Below are positions 9,389-18,798 of a DNA stretch of 64,000 bases, in pieces. The notes beneath the pieces were generated by a model. The model was not told where the DNA came from. It did no database searches and saw nothing but the letters and a program-made list of their open reading frames with translations. The DNA lies in the IMG/VR virus record IMGVR_UViG_3300034143_000010. One strand, written 5' to 3'. How positions within the stretch are numbered: position 1 is the first letter of the stretch; each line of letters opens with the position of its first letter. Both the position numbers and the translations under genes were made by a program. The stretch comes from a virus.

Positions 9389-9790
9389 ATGCAAAATAAT
9401 CCTATCACACAACGGGGCAGCGTCGTAGACCTTGCCCTCTGGCGCAGACAATCGGAGCAGACCGACAAGGCGCTCGCCTTCGTCACCGACTCCGCCGAAT
9501 CAATCATCGTTGAATTCCAACTGACAGACGACGAGCAGGGATTCTTTCAGCGCGGTGATCGTATCTACTGCACCCGCACACAGAATCTTCTACACGGCGA
9601 AACAGGGCTCATCCTCACACCCTACGGCTACATGGTCAGGCGCTACTACATGATGCCGGAAGGCTTCGTCATGCTCAGAAGTTTATTGAACAGTCCAGAC
9701 CTGTGCCTTCATCCGAGAGAGGTCGAGATAGTTGGCCGCGCCTATCAACTTGTGCGCTCTCTGAACGGGCCTGAAAGTGAGGCCGCGTGA
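9389..9790 (+). CDS. Stand-alone degenerate S24/LexA-like C-terminal domain protein
   Basis: GDRIYC...GYMVRRY...MLRSLLNSPD...EVEIVGRAYQLVR follows the S24 pattern but lacks catalytic Ser/Lys and any HTH. Confidence 0.6.
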   Translation: MQNNPITQRGSVVDLALWRRQSEQTDKALAFVTDSAESIIVEFQLTDDEQGFFQRGDRIYCTRTQNLLHGETGLILTPYGYMVRRYYMMPEGFVMLRSLLNSPDLCLHPREVEIVGRAYQLVRSLNGPESEAA

Positions 9791-10146
9791 TGAAAAGACG
9801 AACGCGTAAGCGAGAGCGCCGGAAGATGACGGCGAAACAGGCCAAGGGATTCAGATTGCATAGCGTGAGTTGCGCCGTCGAGCTTTACGGAGCAGAGAGC
9901 GCCACGGCGAAAGGCATGGAATTGGTCAACACCGTACTGATGAGCGGGAGAAGGGACAGGAGGGCTCATGCTCTGATGGAGTTGATCTATTTGCTCTCGA
10001 CAAGGAAGGCGAGGGGCGAGCGGGCACAGATGGTCTTCTATTGCCTGTTTCAAGCGGGCCTTTTCCTTGACAGATGGCGGACGTTCTCCAGCAGGGTTGC
10101 GGCCTACATGAAAACAAGAGACAAACGGGTTCTTCACGTCAAATAA
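9787..10146 (+). CDS. Hypothetical basic protein (module gene)
   Basis: 119-aa ORF with a near-identical paralog at 32109-32462. Confidence 0.7.
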   Translation: MMKRRTRKRERRKMTAKQAKGFRLHSVSCAVELYGAESATAKGMELVNTVLMSGRRDRRAHALMELIYLLSTRKARGERAQMVFYCLFQAGLFLDRWRTFSSRVAAYMKTRDKRVLHVK

Positions 10147-10237
10147 AAGGGGCGTGAAGAGGAAGGGGCGCGGGCTCTCCCGCCAAAAGAATCGGGAGCT
10201 TGAAGCGAGCAGAGCCCGCGCCTCTCAGATAAAAGCG

Positions 10238-10738
10238 ATGGATACTTACAGAGAATTACCATTAGTCAATTCAGAGCAGATGGCGAGAGTTGATCTTGAA
10301 GATTACCTTCGCCTCAATCGCTATCGCTGGCATCTCACGCGGGTAGGTAAATACTCATACGTCTATCGGCTCAGGTGTATGGCCGGACGCTCCACGCAAA
10401 TAATGCTTCATCATGCCATCTTAGACTTACCGCAAGGCGTGCGCGTGAGGCGCATCAATAAAGAGACTCTTGATTATCGCCGCGCTAATCTGAGAATCAC
10501 TGACGGCTCTATCTATCGCAATCCACATTCAAAGCGTTGCCCCTATGCTGTGTGCATCACGATTGACGGGAAGCACTTCTACGTGGGGAGTTGGCCGACA
10601 AAGGAATGGGCGAAGAGGGCGAGAGATGCGGCGGCGGAAGCGGCAAAGACGTTGCGCGGTCGGGGGCTCTCGGAGAGGGCTATTCAGCGCGAGCTTGATC
10701 TGGCGGCGGGCCGGGATGTGAGGAAGAAAGCGGCATAG
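10238..10738 (+). CDS. Degenerate HNH-AP2 domain DNA-binding protein
   Basis: LHHAILDLPQGVRVRRINKETLDYRRANLR (HNH_3 pattern with DH replaced by RR) and ITIDGKHFYVGSWPTKEWAKRARDAAA (AP2-like). Confidence 0.7.
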   Translation: MDTYRELPLVNSEQMARVDLEDYLRLNRYRWHLTRVGKYSYVYRLRCMAGRSTQIMLHHAILDLPQGVRVRRINKETLDYRRANLRITDGSIYRNPHSKRCPYAVCITIDGKHFYVGSWPTKEWAKRARDAAAEAAKTLRGRGLSERAIQRELDLAAGRDVRKKAA

Positions 10739-10747
10739 TTTAACTAT

Positions 10748-11590
10748 ATGAGTAGAAGGCTCACACATAAAACTTGCACCGACTGCGGCGAGACAAAACC
10801 GCGCTCGGATTTTAGCTACGGCACAAAGGGCGAGACGCGACCATTCTGCGCGGATTGTCGGGACTTGCGAAACGTGCGGCGATATAAGGCTTGCACAGAA
10901 GGTCGGATGCGATACCTTGCCTCTATCAAAAACACTTCTGAGGTTAAAACCCTAGAGTGCCGCGAATGTAAATCAGTAAAACCTGTTTATGAATTTGCCA
11001 CGTATCTTAACTCAGAGGGTGAGCGGAAGCATTATAGAAGATGTAAGAGTTGCTACAACGAAGCCCAAAGACTTCTTCGCTTAAATTCAGGCTATACAAC
11101 AAAGCCTAGAATAAAAACAAAACCTTTCTTCTGTGCAAAACTTGGGCTGCTCACCAAGCTATGCTCTAAATGCGGCGAGGTCAAACCGTTAGACGAATTC
11201 CCGAAACTGTCTATTAAACGTGGATACCATACCGCCTGCGCCGTTTGCATGCGACGGGCGCACAAAGAATGGCTGAAAAAGAATCCCGACAAGTATATCG
11301 CGAATCGAATAAAGAGAATTCAAAGATTGCTTAGTGCGCCTTTAACAGAGGAAATTAACAGGGATGAAATTATCGAAAGGGATGCGCGCACTTGCTATCT
11401 CTGCGGGCGTAAACTAGAGGATGAAGTAATCACTTTAGATCATGTTATACCCCTTGCGCGGGGCGGCTCGCATACCGCTTCAAATCTTCGCGTAGCCTGT
11501 TTGAAGTGTAACAGCCGAAAAGGCGCAAAGCTTTTGCATGAATTAGATTGGATTAACGCTGAAACTTATGCAACCGCTCAAGCCCTGTAA
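10748..11590 (+). CDS. HNH endonuclease with N-terminal CxxC zinc-finger repeats
   Basis: CYLCG...TLDHVIPLARGGSHTASNLRVACLKCNSRKG and repeated CxxCGExKP units. Confidence 0.88.
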   Translation: MSRRLTHKTCTDCGETKPRSDFSYGTKGETRPFCADCRDLRNVRRYKACTEGRMRYLASIKNTSEVKTLECRECKSVKPVYEFATYLNSEGERKHYRRCKSCYNEAQRLLRLNSGYTTKPRIKTKPFFCAKLGLLTKLCSKCGEVKPLDEFPKLSIKRGYHTACAVCMRRAHKEWLKKNPDKYIANRIKRIQRLLSAPLTEEINRDEIIERDARTCYLCGRKLEDEVITLDHVIPLARGGSHTASNLRVACLKCNSRKGAKLLHELDWINAETYATAQAL

Positions 11591-12305
11591 AAAATGCGGC
11601 GAGATGAAGCCGTTGGATGCTTTTCATAAAGACCCCGGCACACGTGACAGACGGAAAAACACGTGTCGCAAGTGCCGCCAATACAGAGAATGGATGCCTC
11701 TTACTTCAAGGCCGTGCTTGAAGTGTGGAGAGGTTAAGCCTCTAACTGAATTTCTGCCTAAATCAAGACAGCCCAAAAAGCCCGGACTTGCGCAGGTAGA
11801 GCCCAACTGCCGACCATGCTACAACGCCCTTCAAAGGGCTCGCTACAGAGAGAAGCACCCGGCGCGTCCAGAGCAGCCGCCTCCCACAACTAAAAAGTGC
11901 AAAGGATGTGGTCTAGTTAAGCCGCATTCTGAATTCTATTTCTATAAAAAGAATGGTCGTATCCGATGGCATTCACCATGTAAGACCTGCTACGTAGTTG
12001 TAAACCGCAATCGTCAAGGTGTTAGACGTGCCCGGTTAAATTCCGCGCCAAAAATTGAAAAGATTGATCGTAACGAAATAATCAGGAGGGATAACGGCGT
12101 CTGCTACCTGTGCGGGCAAGATATACCTGTGAATGAAATATCTTTAGATCACGTCATCCCGCTAGCGCGTGGTGGCTCGCATACAAAGGACAATCTTCGC
12201 GCAGTCCATAAAAGATGTAACTCTCGAAAAAAGGCTAAGCTTCCGAGCGAGCTTAATTGGCTTCCGCGCCCCTCTCTTCTTGGCCTTAACCTCACAGGGG
12301 AATAA
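11568..12305 (+). CDS. HNH endonuclease with N-terminal CxxC zinc-finger repeats (paralog)
   Basis: CYLCG...SLDHVIPLARGGSHTKDNLRAVHKRCNSRKK. Confidence 0.88.
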   Translation: MQPLKPCKKCGEMKPLDAFHKDPGTRDRRKNTCRKCRQYREWMPLTSRPCLKCGEVKPLTEFLPKSRQPKKPGLAQVEPNCRPCYNALQRARYREKHPARPEQPPPTTKKCKGCGLVKPHSEFYFYKKNGRIRWHSPCKTCYVVVNRNRQGVRRARLNSAPKIEKIDRNEIIRRDNGVCYLCGQDIPVNEISLDHVIPLARGGSHTKDNLRAVHKRCNSRKKAKLPSELNWLPRPSLLGLNLTGE

Positions 12306-12309
12306 CACA

Positions 12310-15300
12310 TTACCTTGAAAGCACCCCCGCGATTGATTCCGCTAAGTCCCTATGACCTCTCTTCTGATTGAAGCTTGAGCCGCGTGGTTTGGGGACGGTG
12401 ACGTTAATATGGTTGATTGTGGTGTTACCGCCCTGTTGAGCTTGCGGCGAACCCAGTGGAATGATCTGGCCGTCAACGTCGGGCTTGAAATACTCCGTGC
12501 CGTTCTCGTTGACCTCGTAGAGAGTCCCGGCTTCTACCGGGCCGCCGAGAGCGCGCGGGCCACCGAAATTCTTTAGAGTTGGCGGCGAGGTTGGCCTGCC
12601 GGTATTCGGGCCTTCATCTGCGCTACCTCCGCCGCCATCGCCCATGCTACCGATAGCGCCACTAATTGCACCGCTGATGACAGCATTCAGGAGCCCGCCC
12701 AAGAAGCTTTGCTCATGCGGCGTCAACAGCCTCTCCATCGTAGATTCAAGTTGATGGATGCTGTTGTTCGTAGCGTTCCCCTGATTGGCAATCGTCGCCT
12801 CTATGTCCTTCCCTGTACGCTCTATCGTTTCATTGATCGAATCGGTGAGGCTTGGCGCTATCTTGCTCAGGTCTGCGGCCTCAGTTGATACAGGGCCGTC
12901 CTTATTGAGAAACTTGGATTGAAGGCCGGATATTTTCTTATGTAGTGAATCGCTGCTAAGCAAGTCGGTGAGCGAACCGAGCCCCGCATGGCTTCTTAGA
13001 GCAAGCGTGTTTTCGATTGTGGCGCGTGTGTTGTCCGCGATAACCGCGTCCGGCGAGCTATCATTTTTGACGCCTAGAATGTTGCCGAATAGCTTCTCGA
13101 ATACGCCGCCTATTAAGCCCTTGTTCTTATCACCGTCTCCAAACAGTGCATCATTGATTTTCTGAGCAAAGCTGTTGGCGATGCCGCGCTGGACGGACTC
13201 AAGGAAACCGAGGGCGAAGTTCTTTCCGGCTGTGACACCTTTCCCTCGCATGAGGTCTAGCAGTGAGTCACTGATAATGCCTTCCGTATCTTTGCTAAGA
13301 TTTTCAACCGCGTCTTTTGTTCGTGCCTCAGCCATTTCTGCGGCGTCCTGCGCTTTTTTAATCAATGGCGGTAAATTCTCAAAAGCGCTCGCCGTTTCAA
13401 GGGCCGGAAGCTGTAGGGCTCGTAATGCACGCGGGACATAGTTGATTGATAACTCGTTAGCACTTCTCTCTGTATCAATGATTTCGCTGTGCGCTCGCTT
13501 GAGTGCGTCAAATGACGGGTTAATCTTTGAAAAATCAATATCAGGAATGTAATCAACAGTCGGTATTGATGCGACGATGCGCTGTGATGCTGCAATTGCT
13601 TCACGGACTCTCAACTCTTCTTTAAGGTAGGCAAGATACTCTTCGGCGAGTTCGGTTTTCTTCTCTACCGTAAGGTTATATGCCTCTTCTGCACCGATGC
13701 GTCGCTGAAAAAAATCTTCCATCAAACGGATGTCGTCAGCGGTCAACACAAGTGCGTCTTTAGTGCTTTTCTGCTTGTTGATTCGATTGGCGCGACCTTG
13801 CAGTTCGCCTGATTGCACCCCTTCAAAGAGTGAGAATAGGTCATCTGTAATACCACTTGTGCCGACCGCTTCTTCGGGCACTATCTGCCAGGCAGGGGGG
13901 AATTTTGATGGTGGCGCGTGTCGCTCCGTATCAGACGACGGCATCACTGAGACGGGCACAAGGTTGTCGGATTGCGTCCGACTAAGACTTGCCATAATGC
14001 TCTGAATATATTTTTGTGTCTCTTTGTAGGGTGGAATGCCGTGGTATTTCTCAACCGCGCCCTCGCCCGCGTTATATGCAGCAAGGGCTAAGCGAACATC
14101 GCCAGCAAATTTATCTAGCAAGTCAGCTAGGTAGCGCGTGCCGCCTTCAATGTTCTGTGCGGGGTCAAACGGGTCATTGACGCTATACCTTCTGGCCGTG
14201 CCGTCCATCAACTGCATGAGCCCCTTCGCGCCTTTAGGCGAAACAGCATCAACCCTTCCGCGGGATTCCTGCATAATGACGGCACGGATTAGGTCAGCAG
14301 AAAGCCCCGTGCGCTTGGCATTTTCGAGGATGAGCTTTTCAATCTCAGGCGGGAACGGTTTTCTCATCCCTTCTTGCAGGCCCAGATAGAAACCCTCGGC
14401 AGCGAATAAGCCAAGTTTGATGAACTCTTTCGCTGGCGAGCGCGCGCCGATAGCGTCAGCGGTAGCCGTGATGGCGTCGTGCCCCATATTCGCGGCAGCG
14501 CCCATCACGCCCTTAGTGCCTTCGTTTATACCTTGAGCCAAGCCAGCCGCGACATTTAATCCGAGAGCGTTAATATCTCCGCTCATCACCGCCTTGACGG
14601 TGTTCTCCATCGAATCAAAGAGCCTGCTTGTGCCCGTGCTTACCCCTCCAACAAGACGATCTGCCGCCTCGCTGTTTACCCCTTGCAACATTAAGCCAAG
14701 AACTTGCTTGTAACGCTCGAATGCCGGGCCGCTCGCCGTTCCTAGCTGGCGACTAAGCGCCGTGCCAAGATTCGTTTCAATGCCGCTCGCTGTCTTCTCG
14801 CTGATCTCTTTACCAAGTCCCCCAAAGTCCTTATCAATTCCGCGAAGGATGACAGCGACGGCAGTACGGGCATTAAGCAAGCCATGCTCCGCCATTTCCT
14901 GAACTTTGGAGATTCGTTTTTCTTCTGTAAGATTGCCGAGCTTTGAATCTGTGCGCGCGATTTCGTCAGCAAGATATCTCCACGCCGGGATGCCCGCCTC
15001 TACGAGCTGGCGACTCATCTCTTCCGCAGAGACTTTTCCTTTATTCCACATCTGACCGAGCGCGAGAGTAATTGAGTCAATCTTTTGTGCCGCCTCTGCA
15101 CCAGTCTTGCCTGCCCCTGCGGCGGCATCGCCGGCGGCGCGCAGGATAGGAATAACCTGTTTGGCGTTGAAGCCCATCGCCAAAAGGCGTTGCGCCCCTG
15201 TATAGACGCCGGGCAAGTCCATCGGTGACTCTCGCTCAAAAGCGGCGAGTTGGCCCATGAAGTCTTTCGCGGCTTTTCCATCTTTGAGTATCTGAGTAAA

Positions 15301-15732
15301 ACCGAGCGCGACTTCTTCCTGCATTCTGCGGTAGTCAAATCCCAGCTTGATGCCGGAAGTCATCGCAGAAGTGACGCCGCCGATGATCGTAGTGATCGCG
15401 CTTGCCGCGAGGTTCCCCCCTGTTACCGCAAGGACGCCGCCCGAAAGGCCGCTTCCGAGTATGTTACTGAGGTTTAATTTGTCTGTGTTTTTGAGCCCTA
15501 AAATCTTGCGGGTGAGTTCGCCAATATAGCCTGTAGTGCGCTCAGCTTGACGGCCTGCGTCCCGCAGTTCGCGGTTAAAGCCTTTCATGGAGCGCTCTGA
15601 TAAACCTATGGCTTTTCCGTGTTCTCTTCCACGCGACTCAGCGCGGGCCATCCCTCTTTCATATTCAGACAGGCCACGATTAAAATCGCTCAAGTCTGCT
15701 TTGAAGAATTGTGTGAGTGTGCCAAGTTCCAA
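12310..15732 (-). CDS. Tail tape measure protein with lytic transglycosylase (SLT) domain
   Basis: Tape-measure motifs (LALGQMWNKGKVSAEE...LVEAGIP) and AVIMQESRG...GAKGLMQLM...ALAAYNAGEG. TTG start after GGAG is inferred (ORF open to 15765). Confidence 0.93.
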   Translation of the reverse strand: MELGTLTQFFKADLSDFNRGLSEYERGMARAESRGREHGKAIGLSERSMKGFNRELRDAGRQAERTTGYIGELTRKILGLKNTDKLNLSNILGSGLSGGVLAVTGGNLAASAITTIIGGVTSAMTSGIKLGFDYRRMQEEVALGFTQILKDGKAAKDFMGQLAAFERESPMDLPGVYTGAQRLLAMGFNAKQVIPILRAAGDAAAGAGKTGAEAAQKIDSITLALGQMWNKGKVSAEEMSRQLVEAGIPAWRYLADEIARTDSKLGNLTEEKRISKVQEMAEHGLLNARTAVAVILRGIDKDFGGLGKEISEKTASGIETNLGTALSRQLGTASGPAFERYKQVLGLMLQGVNSEAADRLVGGVSTGTSRLFDSMENTVKAVMSGDINALGLNVAAGLAQGINEGTKGVMGAAANMGHDAITATADAIGARSPAKEFIKLGLFAAEGFYLGLQEGMRKPFPPEIEKLILENAKRTGLSADLIRAVIMQESRGRVDAVSPKGAKGLMQLMDGTARRYSVNDPFDPAQNIEGGTRYLADLLDKFAGDVRLALAAYNAGEGAVEKYHGIPPYKETQKYIQSIMASLSRTQSDNLVPVSVMPSSDTERHAPPSKFPPAWQIVPEEAVGTSGITDDLFSLFEGVQSGELQGRANRINKQKSTKDALVLTADDIRLMEDFFQRRIGAEEAYNLTVEKKTELAEEYLAYLKEELRVREAIAASQRIVASIPTVDYIPDIDFSKINPSFDALKRAHSEIIDTERSANELSINYVPRALRALQLPALETASAFENLPPLIKKAQDAAEMAEARTKDAVENLSKDTEGIISDSLLDLMRGKGVTAGKNFALGFLESVQRGIANSFAQKINDALFGDGDKNKGLIGGVFEKLFGNILGVKNDSSPDAVIADNTRATIENTLALRSHAGLGSLTDLLSSDSLHKKISGLQSKFLNKDGPVSTEAADLSKIAPSLTDSINETIERTGKDIEATIANQGNATNNSIHQLESTMERLLTPHEQSFLGGLLNAVISGAISGAIGSMGDGGGGSADEGPNTGRPTSPPTLKNFGGPRALGGPVEAGTLYEVNENGTEYFKPDVDGQIIPLGSPQAQQGGNTTINHINVTVPKPRGSSFNQKRGHRDLAESIAGVLSR

Positions 15733-15837
15733 AATAATCACTCCGAAATAAATATCGGCGCACACACCACCCGCGCCTCTGTGATTCTCTGACCCTGCTT
15801 TTAATCGTCGTTTGAATCACATCTCACCGCCCACGTC

Positions 15838-16158
15838 TCAGGGGAATAGCACCTCATGCCGCTTGATCTTCCCCTTCCATTTCGCTTCAATCTCAATTCT
15901 CGCCTCATATTCGGCGGCAAGAATCACTTGAGCCTCTTCGATGCGGTGACAAGGTACGCGGTCTAGCTCCCAAACCCTTACGCCTAAAAAGCTGGCGATT
16001 TTATGAGAGGCAACGTAAGACGGTCTGCGCGCGCTGAAAAACTGCCCGCCGTAGAGATTGACTAAATATCTTCTATAGTCTCGTCTGTCGTCGCCGTTTC
16101 TGTCTCCGCCTCCACTCTTTTTTTTACTGTAGAACTTTTCTCCCGGCAGAATTCCCAC
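15838..16158 (-). CDS. Tail assembly chaperone C-terminal extension (gpT-like, reached by -1 frameshift)
   Basis: Overlaps the upstream TAC in the -1 frame at an A8 run (plus-strand T-run 16118-16125). Confidence 0.7.
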   Translation of the reverse strand: MGILPGEKFYSKKKSGGGDRNGDDRRDYRRYLVNLYGGQFFSARRPSYVASHKIASFLGVRVWELDRVPCHRIEEAQVILAAEYEARIEIEAKWKGKIKRHEVLFP

Positions 16159-16547
16159 AGGTCAAAAACAGCACGCGGCGGTAGTCTTAATAGAGACTCT
16201 TTCGTCGCCGGCACGGGCTCACCTTTGTGTGTGACATTCCAGCCAGCCAACACAGGCGCTTGCTCGTCGCTGCCGCGTCTCGTCAGAAGTTCCGCGAACA
16301 CCTCACGCTCAACATCGCCAGTGAGAGCAAGATTCTCGTAAGCGTCAAGCTTCACCTGATCGGACTTCGCACGCCTGCGGCCTTTTGTTTTACCCTTGTA
16401 CTGGCGCGCAAGCTCCGTAAAGCGAGTCTTGAAATAGGCAGAAGTGGCTCTCCAAAACTCAGGCGTGAAGGCATCGCGGTTGATCTGAATTTCAGCGCCG
16501 CGCCAGTTCTCAGTGACTATGTTTCCGCAAAGTAATTCGAGTTCCAT
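16062..16547 (-). CDS. Tail assembly chaperone (gpG-like)
   Basis: Position between tail tube and tape measure. LAGWNVTHKGEPVP motif. Confidence 0.75.
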   Translation of the reverse strand: MELELLCGNIVTENWRGAEIQINRDAFTPEFWRATSAYFKTRFTELARQYKGKTKGRRRAKSDQVKLDAYENLALTGDVEREVFAELLTRRGSDEQAPVLAGWNVTHKGEPVPATKESLLRLPPRAVFDLWEFCREKSSTVKKRVEAETETATTDETIEDI

Positions 16548-16554
16548 TTCAGCC

Positions 16555-16665
16555 TCAGATAGAATGGTTGATCGTCAAATCCACGCTTCCGCCCGCGACC
16601 TCGAACGGTGTCGTCACCAGGTCGTTAAGGAAGTCGGAAGCGTTCGCGAATAGAGTCAGTTCCAT
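16555..16665 (-). CDS. 36-aa ORF between tail tube and TAC
   Basis: MELTLFANASDFLNDLVTTPFEVAGGSVDLTINHSI*, starting 2 nt after the tail tube stop. Confidence 0.45.
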   Translation of the reverse strand: MELTLFANASDFLNDLVTTPFEVAGGSVDLTINHSI

Positions 16666-16667
16666 GA

Positions 16668-17990
16668 TTAATTAAGGCTCGCCAGGTTGTTCACGAAGTA
16701 GGTCTCAAACCACGATCCCATGTCGTCGTCTTCGACTAGTTCAAATGTAAAAACATAAGAATCTATGCCGTCAGTGTCGCCGTTGGGCACGGCGCCCTTG
16801 AGCTTGAGCGGCATATCGAAGACCCACTCGAAATGGTCGGTGGCACCCGGAATCTCCGCGCCAATCGCATCAACCCTCACGTACTGCGTGGGGACGCCGT
16901 CTACGCCGTTCTCTTTCGCCGTCGCATAGAGAGCATCGCTATAGGTGTTGGCTTCCATCGTGATCACGCACGTCGGCTCCATCGCCTGCTCTCCGGGCTC
17001 TTTCCACGAGGCGTGCGAGCGGCCCATGACCCTCTTCGGGATATATTTAGGCGGAAGTGTGATCTGCGCGGTGAAGTTGTCTTCGATCTCGGTTGTGCCG
17101 ATGTCATTGTAGGCTTCGTCCAGATAGATGTTGATCTGGGAGCCTGAGACGGGAGCCGAGTCCAATTCCGTCGCGCCGGCGCTGCCCTGAGTTGTGGTCG
17201 AGACAGCGAAAGTGCCACCGGTCACGCTCGTCGAGTCAAACGTCATCTGGGTGAGGTTCTGCGCGGCGAGCGCGCCCCTGAACTTGACTACGATGGCGGT
17301 GTTGGGGAGCGGCCCCCCTGTCACCGTCACGTCGCCGACGGCGATATTCGAGAGTGCTTCGAGCGCGGCCTTGATCGTCGCGGCGGATGCGTTATAAGCG
17401 ATGGCCGTCGTGGTCTGCCCTGAGTAGGTGATGGTGAAGGTGCCAGCCGTCGGTGTGCCGGTCTTCGCGATCTGCTGCACCTCGTTGCGGGCCAGATTCA
17501 TCGTCACGCCGGGCGTCACACCCTTCGCAAGAATTTCCCCCGAAACCTGCGCGCCCTTGCGCGAGAGGTTTATGACAATCGAGTTGAAGAGAGCATCGTT
17601 GGTCTGATGACCTCGTTGAAGGGAGCCGCGCTGAAGAGTAAACAGCACATAGGGGTCGATGTCGCCGAGCGCAGGCATGTAGAGCCATTTCTTTCCGCCG
17701 CCCGCGAGCGTATCGGGACCGGAGCCGCCGGAGCCCACATAAGACTCGAAGAAGTAGAGACTCTCGATAAAGGAGAGCACGCCGCTGTAATCACCCTTCC
17801 CCGTGATATCGTTAACGACGATGGTCTTATTGACCTTGGAGCCCGCCGGGCGGTAGCTATTTGTCTCAAGCTCTTCCGTGAAATTCACGGTCGTGTTAGA
17901 GAACTGCCTGGTAGGCGTGACGGGTGTGTCCGTTGCCGACTGAGCGCCGATTAAGACCTTCTGATTGACTGTTGAATTAGCACCGCTCAT
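16668..17990 (-). CDS. Major tail (tube) protein with internal accessory domain
   Basis: Position after the tail terminator gene. Internal NEVQQI...GTFTITYSGQTTTAIAYNASAATIKAALEAL segment. Confidence 0.8.
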   Translation of the reverse strand: MSGANSTVNQKVLIGAQSATDTPVTPTRQFSNTTVNFTEELETNSYRPAGSKVNKTIVVNDITGKGDYSGVLSFIESLYFFESYVGSGGSGPDTLAGGGKKWLYMPALGDIDPYVLFTLQRGSLQRGHQTNDALFNSIVINLSRKGAQVSGEILAKGVTPGVTMNLARNEVQQIAKTGTPTAGTFTITYSGQTTTAIAYNASAATIKAALEALSNIAVGDVTVTGGPLPNTAIVVKFRGALAAQNLTQMTFDSTSVTGGTFAVSTTTQGSAGATELDSAPVSGSQINIYLDEAYNDIGTTEIEDNFTAQITLPPKYIPKRVMGRSHASWKEPGEQAMEPTCVITMEANTYSDALYATAKENGVDGVPTQYVRVDAIGAEIPGATDHFEWVFDMPLKLKGAVPNGDTDGIDSYVFTFELVEDDDMGSWFETYFVNNLASLN

Positions 17991-18007
17991 CTCTTCACCT
18001 ACTCCTC

Positions 18008-18454
18008 TTATATGGGAATCACTTCGGCGCGGTAAGCACCGCCTCGATACTTGAATTTGCCGATGGCCGTATCAATGCTCGACCTGCTGCTCACCCGCTC
18101 GCGGTATGAATGAAACACGTAACCCGGAATGTCATCGTGCTCGTAGTTCGTGCATCGCTGTAAAAGATCATCCAGTTCCTTGAGCGCCGCGCGGATCGCG
18201 CTCGTCAGCGCTTCCCCCTTCGTCACCAACTCGACCAGGTAAAGCGGCTTTCCCATCACGCGCCGGGCGTTCATGGTCTGCGTATCGGCTCCACCCTGAT
18301 AGCTGATCAGGATGCAGGGGTAGGGGTTAAACGTCGGGGTAACATCCGGGATGTCCTGGTCATAGAAGCGATCACCGACGAGAGCGACAACACTCGCGCC
18401 CTCGCTCAACCTCTTTGAAAAGAACAACGGGGCTGCAATAACGTCTGCGTCCAT
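18008..18454 (-). CDS. Tail terminator-like (DUF3168-like) protein
   Basis: LVGDRFYDQDIPDV..PYPCILIS motif and gene order. Confidence 0.7.
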   Translation of the reverse strand: MDADVIAAPLFFSKRLSEGASVVALVGDRFYDQDIPDVTPTFNPYPCILISYQGGADTQTMNARRVMGKPLYLVELVTKGEALTSAIRAALKELDDLLQRCTNYEHDDIPGYVFHSYRERVSSRSSIDTAIGKFKYRGGAYRAEVIPI

Positions 18455-18798
18455 CAGCCCCTCTCTGCCGCGTCATGTGCGTGCTTCGGCGCGCGCTCGA
18501 CCGCGGACGTAAAGAAAGGGTTGGCGGGGACAAAGCTACCGCTACTCGTGTGATGGCCGAAGTTAACCGGCTCCGAGTATGTCGCACCCGATTCGAGCGT
18601 CGCCTCCGGTTTATCCGGCGTCGCTTCTTCCGTCACCTCGATATGCTCTTTCAAATAGCCGGTGTCTTCAGGTGCACCCTCGACCGCGTCGTCCTTCAAG
18701 GCGTGCGCAATCGTGTTGATGAGCCGGGCAGCCATCGTATGAACGGCGCTTCGGACATTGCCGACGTTGCTCTTAAGTTCGACCGTCTCATTCATCAA
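18454..18798 (-). CDS. HK97-gp10-like neck protein
   Basis: APEDTGYLKEHI...YSEPVNFGH...PANPFFTSA. Confidence 0.8.
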   Translation of the reverse strand: MMNETVELKSNVGNVRSAVHTMAARLINTIAHALKDDAVEGAPEDTGYLKEHIEVTEEATPDKPEATLESGATYSEPVNFGHHTSSGSFVPANPFFTSAVERAPKHAHDAAERG

